A stretch of DNA of 64,000 nt, taken from NCBI GenBank assembly GCA_050951805.1, contig JBMNJT010000002.1, positions 672,001 to 736,000 on the forward strand. Direction: 5' to 3'. The notes under the pieces are model-generated. The model was not told the DNA's origin. It saw only the letters and a list, made by a program, of their open reading frames with translations, and searched no databases. The position numbers were made by a program, and so were the translations under genes. The stretch is from Bacillota bacterium. Lineage in GTDB: Bacteria > Bacillota > DTU025. Of the stretch, positions 62,556 through 64,000 are shown in pieces. Position 1 is the first letter of the stretch, and each line of letters opens with the position of its first letter.

Positions 62556-63678
62556 ATGCGAGCTGAGCTTGAACAACCCATAGAGCTGCTTAGCGAGAGA
62601 ATCGATGAAATGAGGACCTATCTTTGACATACCTGGTAAGTTGGAGCGCCTTGCTCAATGCGAGGCTCGAGCTGCTGAGCCGGGGGTGTGGGAAGATCGT
62701 GATTCAGCGCAGTCGCTGATGCAGAAGATATCGAGATTGCAGGCGGAAATTGCCTCTTATGATTCGATCGTTTCAAGATTTGAAGACCTGAAGATACTGG
62801 CTGAACTTGCAGATGAAGAAGATGACGAGGACGCGATAGGGGAGTGCTTTGAGGAGATCGAAGCTCTTGAGTCAGCAGTGGACAAGGTGGAGATTTCCCA
62901 TCTGCTTTCAGGGCCTCATGATTCTGCAAATGCCATCATGTCGATACATCCGGGCGCTGGGGGCACTGAGAGCCAGGACTGGGCCGAAATGCTTATGCGA
63001 ATGTATGCAAGGTGGGCTGAACGCAATGGCTATACCGTTGAGGTAGCCGATCTGCTGCCAGGCGAGGAGGCCGGCATAAAGAGTGCAACATTGATCATGC
63101 ATGGACACAACGCCTATGGATACCTGAAGAATGAAAAAGGAGTCCACAGGCTGGTGCGGATATCTCCGTTCGATGCTTCTGCACGTAGGCATACATCCTT
63201 TGCCTCAGTCGACGTAGTGCCTGAAATGGCTGAAGAGGACGTAGAGATCGACACGGCAGACCTCAAGATAGATACGTATCGTTCAGGAGGAGCTGGTGGG
63301 CAGCACGTCAACAAGACAGACAGTGCTGTGAGGATTACGCACCTTCCCACAGGCATTGTCGTTCAGTGCCAGAACGAACGGTCGCAGCACAGCAACAAGG
63401 AGACTGCAATGAGGGTGCTCAGGGCTCGACTGGCGGAGCTTCAGAGGGAGGAGAAGGAGAAGGAATTGTCCGCCATGCGTGGCGAACAGCACGAGATAGC
63501 CTGGGGAAGCCAGATCAGGTCATATGTGTTCCAGCCCTATACCATGGTCAAGGATCACAGGACAGAGTTGGAAACTGGAAATGTGGACGCCGTTATGGAT
63601 GGAGAAATCGACGAGTTCATCGAGGCGCAACTGAGATTGAGCGCTGCCTCTGCTAACCGAGACGCAGGGAGTGAGTAG
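62556..63678 (+). CDS. prfB: Peptide chain release factor 2, +1 programmed frameshift: join(62556..62624,62626..63678)
   Basis: Short ORF MRAELEQ...MRTYL ends at CTT TGA C; the +1 frame continues to SPF and GGQ motifs. Confidence 0.97.
62612..62628 (+). promoter_or_regulatory. prfB ribosomal frameshift site
   Basis: GAGGACC-TAT-CTTTGAC: internal SD plus slippery CTT-TGA-C. Confidence 0.9.
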
Positions 63679-63679
63679 C

Positions 63680-64000
63680 ATGGCTCGTCGCGTCAGCCCC
63701 CGGAGAATCCCGCGGATCGCCATCATCATGCTTCTTTTGGTGGCCGCCACAGAGGTGGCAGTGCCTTTCTATGTCGAGAAAAAGGTGGAATCCGCAGTAA
63801 GAAGCGGTTTTGCTTCTGCCGAATCGATTTCTGTGGCGGCACGAGCGATGCCTGCTCTGAAACTCTTATATGGACACTTTGACAGGCTTTCAATTGATAT
63901 TGAAGAAGCTGTGTCCTCGGGCTTTGTGATCAGGCGAATTTCGCTTGACTCGTCCGATGCTCGAATCCCTCTGGGAAGATTCGAACCGGGATCTAGCCGC
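63680..64000 (+). CDS. DUF2993/LmeA-like protein, runs off the right edge
   Basis: MARRVSPRR, a TM segment, then ISVAARAMPALKLLYGHFDRLSID. Confidence 0.65.
   Translation, partial: MARRVSPRRIPRIAIIMLLLVAATEVAVPFYVEKKVESAVRSGFASAESISVAARAMPALKLLYGHFDRLSIDIEEAVSSGFVIRRISLDSSDARIPLGRFEPGSSR

Overview
Mostly core chromosome of a spore-forming, diderm (outer-membrane-bearing) Bacillota; gene content suggests a Limnochordia/Halanaerobiia/Negativicutes-like lineage (inference). Left to right: a partial GH31 glycosidase; a gene behind a sigma-28-type promoter encoding an FrpC-like Asp-Pro self-processing module; an intact DDE insertion sequence with 9-bp target duplication; the conserved rpmE-tdk-prfA-prmC-sua5-rpiB-upp-wecA-wecB-murA block (no atp operon); an IS256 stub; spoIID-spoIIQ-spoIIID-mbl and a SpoIVB/S55 protein; and a ~24-kb outer-membrane cluster. 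That cluster holds tamB, bamA, ompH, an lptF/G-lptD fusion with an internal signal peptide, lptC, lptA, an unusual ABC pair, an lpxB-like gene, lptB, DUF3084, a 1221-aa OmpM-like tether with eleven 37-aa repeats, a yqgF-like gene and a second SLH/beta-barrel protein. It lacks the lpxA/C/D, kds and waaA genes normally embedded there. The rest is an intact ISLre2-family element, metK, recD2, comFA/comFC, a P-type ATPase with a riboswitch-like leader, hpf, secA and frameshifted prfB. Top leads: the possibly LPS-free Lpt envelope system (fusion polyprotein, orphan ABC, long-stalk OmpM) and the flagellar-regulon clip-and-link protein. All calls are by eye from motifs and synteny; no database searches were run.
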